From a virus, in IMG/VR virus record IMGVR_UViG_3300021375_000018, positions 23,119-87,118 of that record: a stretch of 64,000 bases of DNA, one strand, 5' to 3'. This document shows positions 49,462 to 58,573 of the stretch, piece by piece. The notes under the pieces are model-generated. The model was not told the DNA's origin and made no database searches. It worked only from the letters and a program-made list of their open reading frames with translations. A program made the translations under genes and the position numbers. The first letter of the stretch is position 1, and each line of letters opens with the position of its first letter.

Positions 49462-52400
49462 ATGCAGTTTAATTTATCTGAATTAATATATGAATCTAGC
49501 AATAAAGATGTTCATAAAGTTTTTGAAAACAATAAAATAGGTGATGTTACTGATCCTACTCAAGATAATGAGCAAGTAACTTTTAATGAGTTAAGACCAA
49601 AGCTTGCAAAAATTGCTGATTGGTTAGAGAAAAAAGTTGGTAGTAGTGAAGATATAAACAAAGAGCTTGAGTCTTTTATATCTTCTTTAGACAATCCAGG
49701 AATTGAAGACATTAAAAGTGATGGTGTTTTTAATAGAACTTTATTGAATAGACTAACTGCTATAGACATTACTGGGACTAACTTTAATATAAACCCAGTA
49801 AACGTTAAAAAAGGAGCAGATCAAGAATCAGGTGCTACTTCTATAGATGTTAATGCTTATAAAAATGGAGCGCAGATAATTCCTTTTTTATTGGAGGTTG
49901 ATGGTCCATCTGCTGGTGTTGGTGAATCTTTTTATGTTTTGTTGATGCCTCTTATTGGTAGCGTTTTAAAAGAAAAAAACAAGAAATTGCACAGTGCTGT
50001 TTTTGACATTGAAATACCTGTGGGTGAAGATAACAAAGTAATTTGGACTAGTATTAAAAAGATTCCTGTTTTGATGTTGAATTCCGTGGAGGAGCTTGAA
50101 GAGTTAAAGGTTGCAACTAGATTAATTGGTGATCAAAGTCTTACTAAGTTTAAGAAGTATTCTATTAAGCTGAATCAGAGAAGAACACAACGTCCTTCAG
50201 AGACAAGTTCTTCAAAGACAAACGATTCGTTTAATCGAAAAGGTACGATTATTCATGAGCAATATGATCTATCAGATGCTTTTCTTATTACAGAACATAT
50301 AAGCCCAAGTAAATTCATGCAAGCATGTATAAGAAAAATAAAAAGAAAATATTTCGATAGAAATAATCCAAAGTCATTTGACATTGAAAAAATTAAAATA
50401 ATATTTAATAAAGAGTATACGAATTTATTAAAAAATGCAAAAGATAAAAAAAATATTAAAAACACTTTAAAAGCTTCAAAAGGATTAATATCAAGAGATT
50501 TTAAAGAAGGCGAAAGAAAAACAAAAATAGAACAAGCTTTTAATCAGTTTTTTGAAGAAAAATTTCCTGAAAGTACTGTTAGTGATAAAGATACTATCAA
50601 TCAAGATAGTGAAGAGTCTAAACCAGATGCTGCTGGAAATTTAGAATCTACCCCTATTGAGACTGATGCGGGTGATATTGTTTTAATTACAACTACTCCT
50701 GCTGAAGAAGAAGCTGCTACTGAAGAAGAAGCTGCTACTGAAGAAGCTGCTGCTACTGAAGAAGAAGCCGCTACTGAAGAAGCTGCTGCTACTGAAGAAG
50801 AGGCTCCGGCTGAAGAAGAGGCACCGGCTGAAGAAGAAGTAGAAGAAGAAGTAGAAGAAGTAGAAGAAGAAAAAGAAGGGTATGTTTTAGCAAGTCTGTT
50901 AGGTGAAGACACTAATGATGATAATACTTATAGCGATGATCAGCATAAACGAAATATTGGTATAGCTGAATTAAATAAACTAGATAAAGATGTTGATAAT
51001 GATGTAGATGATCCACTGGTTCTTTTTAAATTTGCGCTTGAAGATATAGTTGTTAAATTAATTAATATTTCTAAAGAACCAGATAAAAAAGAAAAAATTG
51101 AAAGGGTATTGGGTAGTGGCTGGAATAAAATAGCGAAAGAGTTTATAAAGAGTCATGGTGATCCTAGTAGTAAAGAAGATATTGATGCTATAGCAGATAT
51201 AGCTGAGTCTGATCCTAAAGCTGACGCTGAAACTGATCCTAAAGCTGACGCTGAAACTGATCCTAATGAGGATTCTGAATCTACTTCTATTGAATCCGAA
51301 TATCAACCACCACTTCTTAATGTTCCAGACTTTTCATGGGATAATACTGATAGCGCTAATGAAGATTTATTAAATCTTCATGACTTAATAAGTAATAATA
51401 CAATTTCTCCGCTAACTCCTACACCAACTATTAGCAATGAAGAATTTTCTAGACAAGATCCTGTAACACATATTGAAGAGATTGTATCAAGTAATGAAGA
51501 AACAAAGAAATATTATGATGATGCTGATGTTAAAGAAAGAGCAGTTGTTAGAAATGGTTTATTAGCTAAGCAAACATTATCACAAATGATTCAAGCAACA
51601 AATCTAGCTATAGATAAAGCAATCGCATCATTACCTACAAAAATTGGCGGAGTTGATATTTCAAAATCTATAACCAAAGCAGATGAAAAAAGTATTGAAA
51701 ACTTTGATGGCATTGTAGATTATAATAAAAATGTAAGGGAAGAAATTATTGCTGCTTTAAAAGGTTCAACTGATTTTAAAAATTCTGAATATGTTACTCA
51801 AGAATTATATAATGTAAAGGCAAAAAAAGAAAAAGCTACAGCTAAGAAAGCTACAGCTAAGAAAGCTACAGCTAAGAAATCTACTACTAGCACATTATCC
51901 AGTTCAAAAAATTATTTTTATACTATGCCGCTTTCAGGTTTGTTATTTGAGAGTAGTGGCACAAATATTAATGCAGCTGCTATGTCAATTGCTGATATTA
52001 TACAGTTAGCAACAGTAAACGCACAAATAGAGATTCAAAATATTCATAATAAACATCAATTAAAAATGCAAGAAGAAGATGAAAAAGTTTTAAGAACAAG
52101 ACAAGAAAAAGCTTATCAAATTAGTAGAATAACACAATATAGTAACTACACTTATCTTAAAAGAAGAATAGACAATACAATTTTCACTATTATTAATCAA
52201 CTAGAAAAAGCAATAATAGATCAGAAATTATCTACTCTACAAGCAAGAGACGCAAATTATTACCGAGATAGAACTGCTGGTGTTGAAGATATGGATAATG
52301 AGCATAGAGATAAAGCATTAGCTGCTATATATGCTACAAAAACTGCAGCAGCAGGATTAGGTACTGTAGGAGTTGCCACAGGAGGTGCTGCAGTTCTTGT

Positions 52401-54012
52401 AGGAACAGCATCAGGTATTGCTGGAACAGCTGGCGCTGTTGCTCTTGGAGGTCTAGTGGTAGCAGGAGCTGTATTTTCATTACCAGTAATTGGATTAGCA
52501 GGATACACGTTTTATCAAAAAAATAAAAGAGAAATAAAAAAACAAGAAAATAAAAGAAAACGTGATAGACTTATACAAGCACAAGAAGACGCAAATGCTG
52601 CGCAAAGAGAAGAATTAGATATTGATAGACTAAAAGTAGATCATAAACGAACTATTATGTGTCTCAACGAGATTTTAAAAGAAGTTTGTACAAGAATAGA
52701 AGTTATTAGGAATAATCCTGTATTTAAAGAGTATATTGGCTTTGATGAAGATTCACCTGCTTATTTGCAACTAGGAGCAGCTGATACAGTTAAAAGACAA
52801 ACTGTGGATCCAGATTCTAGTGTTAGAAACCAGAGACTTCAAGCTAATTTTAATATTATATATAAAAAACCATTATCAGTTTTATTATTTGAAGACACAG
52901 ACAATAATTCTAAAGTTAGTGATACTATTAATTATAGCGACATAAAACCAATTATTGAAAAGCATATACCTGATTTGATTAAAGCTGATAGAAACAATAT
53001 GATTCCTGTACTTATTGAGCAGTTTATAGATACAATTACTGGATGTGGTGATTCAATAAAAGGTTTGCCTGCACCTAAGAGCGTTAAAAGTATAGTAAGC
53101 GATTATATTCCAAGAGATGTTCAACGTGGCAAACCAATGTTACAAGCGCCATCAGGAATACCAGCAATGATTGGTGCACCAACATCAGCAGATCAAGAAT
53201 GTAGTGTTATGCAAGTGCTAAACATATTGAATAATGCTGGAAGAAGAGACTTAATGATATCTTTCTTAAGTAGTTTATCAAGTCAAGATAAAGAATATTA
53301 CAAACCGGGAGATAGCTTTTCTGGTGTAATGGAAAACATGTCAAGCGATGATGAATTAGATAGCTCTGTTAAAAAAGAAATATTAAATGATAGTGAAGCT
53401 AATGAAATTATTAATACAGTTAGAGAAGATTTATTTAATATTTCTCAAGAAAACTTTGACAAGTTATTAAAGTTAGAGGGTATATTTGGTAACTTAGATA
53501 GCCAATTAAAGAAAATAAAAAGCACATTATCTTCTTTTGGAATTGAATTGAAAGAAGACATTAAAAACAATTTACTAGAAGAAACAAAGAGAGAAGATGT
53601 ATTAAATAGTATATGTAATATAGACAGTGATAGCAAAGAATTAAGTTTAGACTTTATATTTAACTACTTAAGTAGAATATTAGCTATAGAAATTAAAATT
53701 GATTTCAAAGAAGATGAAGATAAAGTTTTAAACAATTCTGATATTTTGTCATTAATAAGATTTAATTCATCAGTTAAATTATTAGAAAAGATTGATGAAA
53801 CAAATAAAAAGAAAATTAAAAAGTATAAGAAAGAATCTGAAGTTCATAAAAGAATTTTTAAAGCTGTGGCAAAAAAGATAAAAGAATCAGAAAACGAAAA
53901 ATTGAAGAAAATTACTTCTAAAGGAAGTGAATTAAAGCTAGAGAATGATTATATTTATGCTAGTGGTATTAAACAATTATTAAAACAAAGAAGAGTTATA
54001 TATGAACAATAA
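49462..54012 (+). CDS. Large (1516 aa) probable virion protein with acidic repeats and a Gly/Ala-rich hydrophobic segment
   Basis: EEEAAT repeats, KKATA repeats, ~55-aa hydrophobic stretch followed by a basic cluster; internal PLSxLLFE motifs. Confidence 0.7.
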   Translation: MQFNLSELIYESSNKDVHKVFENNKIGDVTDPTQDNEQVTFNELRPKLAKIADWLEKKVGSSEDINKELESFISSLDNPGIEDIKSDGVFNRTLLNRLTAIDITGTNFNINPVNVKKGADQESGATSIDVNAYKNGAQIIPFLLEVDGPSAGVGESFYVLLMPLIGSVLKEKNKKLHSAVFDIEIPVGEDNKVIWTSIKKIPVLMLNSVEELEELKVATRLIGDQSLTKFKKYSIKLNQRRTQRPSETSSSKTNDSFNRKGTIIHEQYDLSDAFLITEHISPSKFMQACIRKIKRKYFDRNNPKSFDIEKIKIIFNKEYTNLLKNAKDKKNIKNTLKASKGLISRDFKEGERKTKIEQAFNQFFEEKFPESTVSDKDTINQDSEESKPDAAGNLESTPIETDAGDIVLITTTPAEEEAATEEEAATEEAAATEEEAATEEAAATEEEAPAEEEAPAEEEVEEEVEEVEEEKEGYVLASLLGEDTNDDNTYSDDQHKRNIGIAELNKLDKDVDNDVDDPLVLFKFALEDIVVKLINISKEPDKKEKIERVLGSGWNKIAKEFIKSHGDPSSKEDIDAIADIAESDPKADAETDPKADAETDPNEDSESTSIESEYQPPLLNVPDFSWDNTDSANEDLLNLHDLISNNTISPLTPTPTISNEEFSRQDPVTHIEEIVSSNEETKKYYDDADVKERAVVRNGLLAKQTLSQMIQATNLAIDKAIASLPTKIGGVDISKSITKADEKSIENFDGIVDYNKNVREEIIAALKGSTDFKNSEYVTQELYNVKAKKEKATAKKATAKKATAKKSTTSTLSSSKNYFYTMPLSGLLFESSGTNINAAAMSIADIIQLATVNAQIEIQNIHNKHQLKMQEEDEKVLRTRQEKAYQISRITQYSNYTYLKRRIDNTIFTIINQLEKAIIDQKLSTLQARDANYYRDRTAGVEDMDNEHRDKALAAIYATKTAAAGLGTVGVATGGAAVLVGTASGIAGTAGAVALGGLVVAGAVFSLPVIGLAGYTFYQKNKREIKKQENKRKRDRLIQAQEDANAAQREELDIDRLKVDHKRTIMCLNEILKEVCTRIEVIRNNPVFKEYIGFDEDSPAYLQLGAADTVKRQTVDPDSSVRNQRLQANFNIIYKKPLSVLLFEDTDNNSKVSDTINYSDIKPIIEKHIPDLIKADRNNMIPVLIEQFIDTITGCGDSIKGLPAPKSVKSIVSDYIPRDVQRGKPMLQAPSGIPAMIGAPTSADQECSVMQVLNILNNAGRRDLMISFLSSLSSQDKEYYKPGDSFSGVMENMSSDDELDSSVKKEILNDSEANEIINTVREDLFNISQENFDKLLKLEGIFGNLDSQLKKIKSTLSSFGIELKEDIKNNLLEETKREDVLNSICNIDSDSKELSLDFIFNYLSRILAIEIKIDFKEDEDKVLNNSDILSLIRFNSSVKLLEKIDETNKKKIKKYKKESEVHKRIFKAVAKKIKESENEKLKKITSKGSELKLENDYIYASGIKQLLKQRRVIYEQ
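50701..50875 (+). repeat. Coding tandem repeat (Glu/Ala-rich, ~18-bp units)
   Basis: (gctactgaagaagaagct)n grading into gaagaagta. Confidence 0.9.
51832..51879 (+). repeat. 15-bp coding tandem repeat x3 (KKATA)
   Basis: aaagctacagctaag x3. Confidence 0.9.
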
Positions 54013-55495
54013 AAAGTTAACAGAGCTTGTAAACATTTCAGGAGGATCTGGTATTATAGGCGTTGGTACTACAGCTTTAAAAAACTTTTTATCTTTAACT
54101 GGAATGGTATTGAATATTGTAAACTATATTATAAGTTCTTTAATATCAGTTTTATACGGAGATTTTAGTAAAGTTAACAGTAACTTTGAGTCAAGAAACA
54201 AGTCGCTTGTTGACTCTATTGATAGTAATATTCAAAAAGCAGGTGTAACTGATGAGGTTAAAGTTTTTACTTTTTTACAGTCACCTAATCTTTATATAAT
54301 AGATAAAGTTGCAACTGCAGAAAATATTAAAAAAATACCAGGTGTTGAGGCAATAGGTGGAATAGCAAATTTTGCTGCAAAAGCAATTTTAAAAAATGGA
54401 AAATTTGCTGGAGATAAAAACAAAAAAGGATTCGTTACGTTTTATCCTTATAGAAGTGCTGAAGAACAAAAAAAGTTAGGTAAGTTAGATGAAGAAGGAA
54501 AAAATAACTTAAATGCATGGTTATCTTCACAAGCTGTTAATGATCCTGAAATGCTTAAGTTGTTGAATATTGTTATGACTAAACCTCAAAGTAAAATTTC
54601 TAAAAAATTTAACAGCTTAATGAATGTTGGAAATTATAGTGAAATAGGTCAACTTCTTGCAGACTTGAAAAGCAAGACTAAGCTGACTCAAACTGATGAG
54701 AGTAAATTTAGTATAAAAAATGTATTATTAGAAAACAATTCTAATGAATTAAAAGGTAAGAAATTTGTAGAATTTATAGAAGGACTTCTAGAGGAAGTAA
54801 TAAAAATAAACGATATAAGCGAAGATAAAACTATAAAAGAAATAAATGACTTCAAAGAATTACAAAAAGAAATAAAAGAAAAGTTAATAGAAGAAATTGT
54901 TTTTTACAAGTATGTTGAATGTATAAATGGCGTTAATATTACTTTGTTAAATAATGTAAAGAGTTTTATTTCTAATAAAGATCATAGATTTGAAGTAAAA
55001 AACATAGATAATTTAGATAATTTTTTTAAAAATCTTAAAGGTAGCTCAAGTTTTTCAAATCAAACAAAAAAATCAATTTCTTCAGTATCAAAAATGAAAG
55101 AATCATTTGATAAAATAAATAGTATTAGTAACAATAAAGAAAAAGTAAAAGTAATAATATCATTATTAGATAATATTGTTGAATATGAAAATATTTTTAA
55201 TGATGTAAAAAAACCTACTTCTACAAAAAATAAAGATACATATAAAGAATTAATGCTATCTTCACCAGAACTTGTTAAATTAAATAAAGAATCAAAAAAC
55301 TTATTAACTGCAATTAAAGGATATAATAGTTTTGAAGAAATTAAAAAAGTCAATAATATTCTAAAAAAACAAATTTTAAGTAAAATAGAAAAAACTGAAG
55401 AAAACTATTACAATGATAAAGATATTATTAACGAAGTATATTTATGTAGTATTGAAAAATTTATGTTTGAAAACAAACTAGAAAGAAAGATTTGA
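54002..55495 (+). CDS. Hypothetical protein with N-terminal hydrophobic segment
   Basis: 497 aa, overlaps upstream stop; internal VLLE and FMFE motifs. Confidence 0.7.
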   Translation: MNNKKLTELVNISGGSGIIGVGTTALKNFLSLTGMVLNIVNYIISSLISVLYGDFSKVNSNFESRNKSLVDSIDSNIQKAGVTDEVKVFTFLQSPNLYIIDKVATAENIKKIPGVEAIGGIANFAAKAILKNGKFAGDKNKKGFVTFYPYRSAEEQKKLGKLDEEGKNNLNAWLSSQAVNDPEMLKLLNIVMTKPQSKISKKFNSLMNVGNYSEIGQLLADLKSKTKLTQTDESKFSIKNVLLENNSNELKGKKFVEFIEGLLEEVIKINDISEDKTIKEINDFKELQKEIKEKLIEEIVFYKYVECINGVNITLLNNVKSFISNKDHRFEVKNIDNLDNFFKNLKGSSSFSNQTKKSISSVSKMKESFDKINSISNNKEKVKVIISLLDNIVEYENIFNDVKKPTSTKNKDTYKELMLSSPELVKLNKESKNLLTAIKGYNSFEEIKKVNNILKKQILSKIEKTEENYYNDKDIINEVYLCSIEKFMFENKLERKI

Positions 55496-55499
55496 AAAT

Positions 55500-55916
55500 A
55501 TGAATATCTTAAATGAAAAAATGATGATAAAGATATTATCAGAATCATATAATAAAAGATTAAACTTTTTTTTAGAAAACAAAGAAAGTAATCTTTCTAA
55601 AATAGATCTTAAATTAGTGGGTATTGGAACAAAAGTAACTCATAAGCCAACTGGTCTTGTTTATTCTGCAGGTGATCCACCAATAGTTTCTCAAGGTGAA
55701 AAAAGATTTTTAAATTTAATATTACCTGACAGTCCTAGAAAAGGTCTTGAGAAACCTCAATCTAGTCAAAATCTTGTGCTTGATGATAGTAATCCAGGAA
55801 ATCTTATAAAACCAGATAACAATAAAAATAAAAGCTTTAAAAGTATAGAATCAAAATCAGAATATATATTAGTTGATATTAATGATAAAGATGAACTATC
55901 CCAATACGAGATTTAA
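55500..55916 (+). CDS. Hypothetical protein
   Basis: ILSE..FFLE N-terminal pattern; operon context. Confidence 0.65.
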   Translation: MNILNEKMMIKILSESYNKRLNFFLENKESNLSKIDLKLVGIGTKVTHKPTGLVYSAGDPPIVSQGEKRFLNLILPDSPRKGLEKPQSSQNLVLDDSNPGNLIKPDNNKNKSFKSIESKSEYILVDINDKDELSQYEI

Positions 55917-55927
55917 AAGGTATAAAA

Positions 55928-56665
55928 ATGAATTTAGAAAAATTAATTAAAGACGCTGTAGATCAAACTTTACTTGAAAAAGGATTGAATATACATAAGT
56001 CAGAAAAAAATGAAACAGATGCTAAGCAGTATAATTCAAATGTTATCTCTGAGGCATATGTTACACAAGCTGGCAAGTTTGATTTAAAAACAGAATTGCT
56101 ATCACAAAAAACAAAAAAAGCGCATCAAGAATTGTTAGAAGGATATGTTAAAGAACTTAATACAATATCTTCTAAGCTCGATGGCGTAGATAAATCTGCA
56201 GCTAATTTAAATAATTCACAGTTTAGATCTTTAAAAATTGATGAAACTTATAATTTAAATGCAGCATTTTTACATGGTTTATACTTTCAAAACATTTCAG
56301 ACTTAAGCAGTCAAGTAACTGTTGATTCTTTAACTTACATGAAATTAGCTAGAGACTTTGGGACATTTGATAGATGGCAAGAAGACTTTATCGCTTGCGG
56401 TTTATCAGCTAGAAATGGTTGGGTTGTTACAATGTATAGTACTCAACTTAGAAGATATATAAATACAGTTATTGATTTACATAGTCAAAATGTTATGATA
56501 GGTATGCAACCAATTATAGTTGTTGACTGTTGGGAACATAGTTACTATAGAGACTATTTAAAAGATAGAAAAACTTATTTATATGGTATGATGAAAGAAT
56601 TAAACTGGTCTGTTATAGAAGAAAGAATTAAAATTTCTGAAAAGATTCACAAAGTATTAGGGTAA
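55928..56665 (+). CDS. sod: Fe/Mn superoxide dismutase with ~40-aa N-terminal extension
   Basis: AHQELLEGYV, LHGLYF, DFGTFDRW, GWVV, VDCWEHSYYRDY. Confidence 0.9.
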   Translation: MNLEKLIKDAVDQTLLEKGLNIHKSEKNETDAKQYNSNVISEAYVTQAGKFDLKTELLSQKTKKAHQELLEGYVKELNTISSKLDGVDKSAANLNNSQFRSLKIDETYNLNAAFLHGLYFQNISDLSSQVTVDSLTYMKLARDFGTFDRWQEDFIACGLSARNGWVVTMYSTQLRRYINTVIDLHSQNVMIGMQPIIVVDCWEHSYYRDYLKDRKTYLYGMMKELNWSVIEERIKISEKIHKVLG

Positions 56666-56669
56666 AGTT

Positions 56670-57482
56670 ATGTCAAAAAGATTTATAGAAAATGTATCAC
56701 TAATTTTAGAAAAAAAAAGTAATCCTACTTTAAGAATTCTCTTAGAAGAAGATGAAGAAAAAAAGCCTGACGCTTTTGACATGGGGCCTGATGGCGATGA
56801 TATTGATAAAGAACCTGTAGATTCAGAAGAAGATGTAGATTCAGAAGAAGATGTAGATTCAGAAGAAGATGTAGATTCAGAAGAAGATGTAGATCCAGAA
56901 GAAGATGTAGATCCAGAAGAAGATAACAGAGAATTAATTAATCAAGACCTGAAAGCTACAGCTCAAAAAATAGCTAATATAAAGGACGCTGCGCTAGACT
57001 TTACATATAATGTTGAAAGCGATAACAGTAATAATATTAAAAACTATTTTGAGAAAAAATTAAAACTTGAGTTTAATAATAGAGTATCATACAATAGTTT
57101 ATCTATTAATGACTTTTTATTTGAAGAAACTTCTGTTAAAGACATGGAAGCTGCGTTATCAGGAGCAAAAGAAGCAATAGAGTCTGGTCAAGAATTTATA
57201 CAATTAGCGAGTAATAACAATATTTCTATTGATCAATATCTTTCAATATCAAAAGATGCTTTTGTTAATTTTGATAATTTATTCCAAAAAGAAAATTTTA
57301 TTATACAAACAGTAGCAGACTTATTAAAATCAAGAGCACCTGTAAATGCAAAAAAATATTTTGATGAGTTTATTGATAAGTTTGAAAATTATTTATCAGC
57401 AAGTAAAGGTATTGAGATAGATAGAAGTTATTTGAGCAATATTAACTTTAAAACTGCAGCAGGTGGTAAAGCATCAGGATAA
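56670..57482 (+). CDS. Acidic hypothetical protein
   Basis: RILLEEDEE, VDSEED repeats, DFLFE. Confidence 0.7.
   Translation: MSKRFIENVSLILEKKSNPTLRILLEEDEEKKPDAFDMGPDGDDIDKEPVDSEEDVDSEEDVDSEEDVDSEEDVDPEEDVDPEEDNRELINQDLKATAQKIANIKDAALDFTYNVESDNSNNIKNYFEKKLKLEFNNRVSYNSLSINDFLFEETSVKDMEAALSGAKEAIESGQEFIQLASNNNISIDQYLSISKDAFVNFDNLFQKENFIIQTVADLLKSRAPVNAKKYFDEFIDKFENYLSASKGIEIDRSYLSNINFKTAAGGKASG
56816..56923 (+). repeat. 18-bp coding tandem repeat x6 (VD[S/P]EED)
   Basis: gtagat[t/c]cagaagaagat repeated head-to-tail with no spacers. Confidence 0.9.
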
Positions 57483-57484
57483 TA

Positions 57485-57793
57485 ATGAAGCAAAGCAAAA
57501 AACAAAAAAAACAAGTTACAAAAATACTAAATAATAAAACTATACATTTTGTTTTACCCGGTGAAATTCATAGAAAGCTTAGAGCTTTATTGTTTCTTAA
57601 AGAATCGTCAATGCAAGCATTCTTTAAATTAATGTCTGAAAAGTTTATTGAAGGCGATCCATATATTATGGACATTCTAGAAAAAAGAATTTCAGATATA
57701 AAAAATAAAAAACTAGACAACTTAAGAGAAATAAACGAGAAAGATCTGTACAATGCTATTGAAGAAAATTCGCCACTTAAAAAAGATGATTGA
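57485..57793 (+). CDS. Ribbon-helix-helix-like DNA-binding protein
   Basis: KTIHFVLPGEIHRKLRALL...SMQAFF fits the strand-helix-helix pattern. Confidence 0.5.
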   Translation: MKQSKKQKKQVTKILNNKTIHFVLPGEIHRKLRALLFLKESSMQAFFKLMSEKFIEGDPYIMDILEKRISDIKNKKLDNLREINEKDLYNAIEENSPLKKDD

Positions 57794-58106
57794 CTATAAA
57801 AGCTACGTAGAAAAAGTTATTAGCTATGTAGAAAAAGATTATAATAGTAAAATACAAGAGTTTAAAAACGATATCAACATTATCAAGCAAGACAATGAAA
57901 ATAAAAATAAAAAAATTAGTGATCTTAATGAAAAAATAGGCTTCTATGAGAGGGAAACAAAAGCATTAACAGACGATGTAATTCTTCTGTCAACTGCAAT
58001 AAAAGATATATATTATTCTGTTGAAGGATTAGTTATATCCATTGAAAGTAATAATTTTGATCTTGAAGAGCTAGATGAAGATGAAAAGAAAAAAGTATTT
58101 CACTAA
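57753..58106 (+). CDS. Coiled-coil hypothetical protein (start probably at MIDYKS)
   Basis: Heptad pattern; C-terminal DEDEKKKVFH. Confidence 0.6.
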   Translation: MLLKKIRHLKKMIDYKSYVEKVISYVEKDYNSKIQEFKNDINIIKQDNENKNKKISDLNEKIGFYERETKALTDDVILLSTAIKDIYYSVEGLVISIESNNFDLEELDEDEKKKVFH

Positions 58107-58169
58107 TTAGTTGCATATTTAATTTAAATTAAATATTTAGTATAAAGATATATTTTCATAGAGGTTGTT

Positions 58170-58565
58170 ATGATAAGTAATAATAGAAAAAAATTATTAA
58201 TGCTCGCTGAGTCTTTACTGTTTGAGCACTCAATAAACGAATGGTCTAGATCAGATTATAATGGTAGAAAGTTTCCAAACTATACAATGTATGATAGACC
58301 AGCTGATAAAATTGATGGTAATAATCATTATGAGCCAAGTTATGAAGAGAAATTTGAATTACCACTAGCACCATCAGACATCATGTCAGATCATATTACT
58401 ACACTAACAGTTAGTCATGAAGAGCTAAGCGATAAAAACTATGTCCCTAAGAACAATATAGAACTTATGAGGGCAATAAATTCTATAATGAAAAGTAAAG
58501 ACATGACTCAAAAACAGATAGAAAAAATTTGGAATATAAATAAAAAAATATTAAGTAAGGTATAA
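58170..58565 (+). CDS. Hypothetical protein
   Basis: GAGG RBS; ESLLFE..INE N-terminus. Confidence 0.7.
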   Translation: MISNNRKKLLMLAESLLFEHSINEWSRSDYNGRKFPNYTMYDRPADKIDGNNHYEPSYEEKFELPLAPSDIMSDHITTLTVSHEELSDKNYVPKNNIELMRAINSIMKSKDMTQKQIEKIWNINKKILSKV

Positions 58566-58573
58566 TACTAACA

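Noticed and set aside
56816-56923. CRISPR-like repeats (also 50701-50875 and 51205-51270)
   Set aside because: Head-to-tail in-frame coding repeats with no unique spacers and no cas genes
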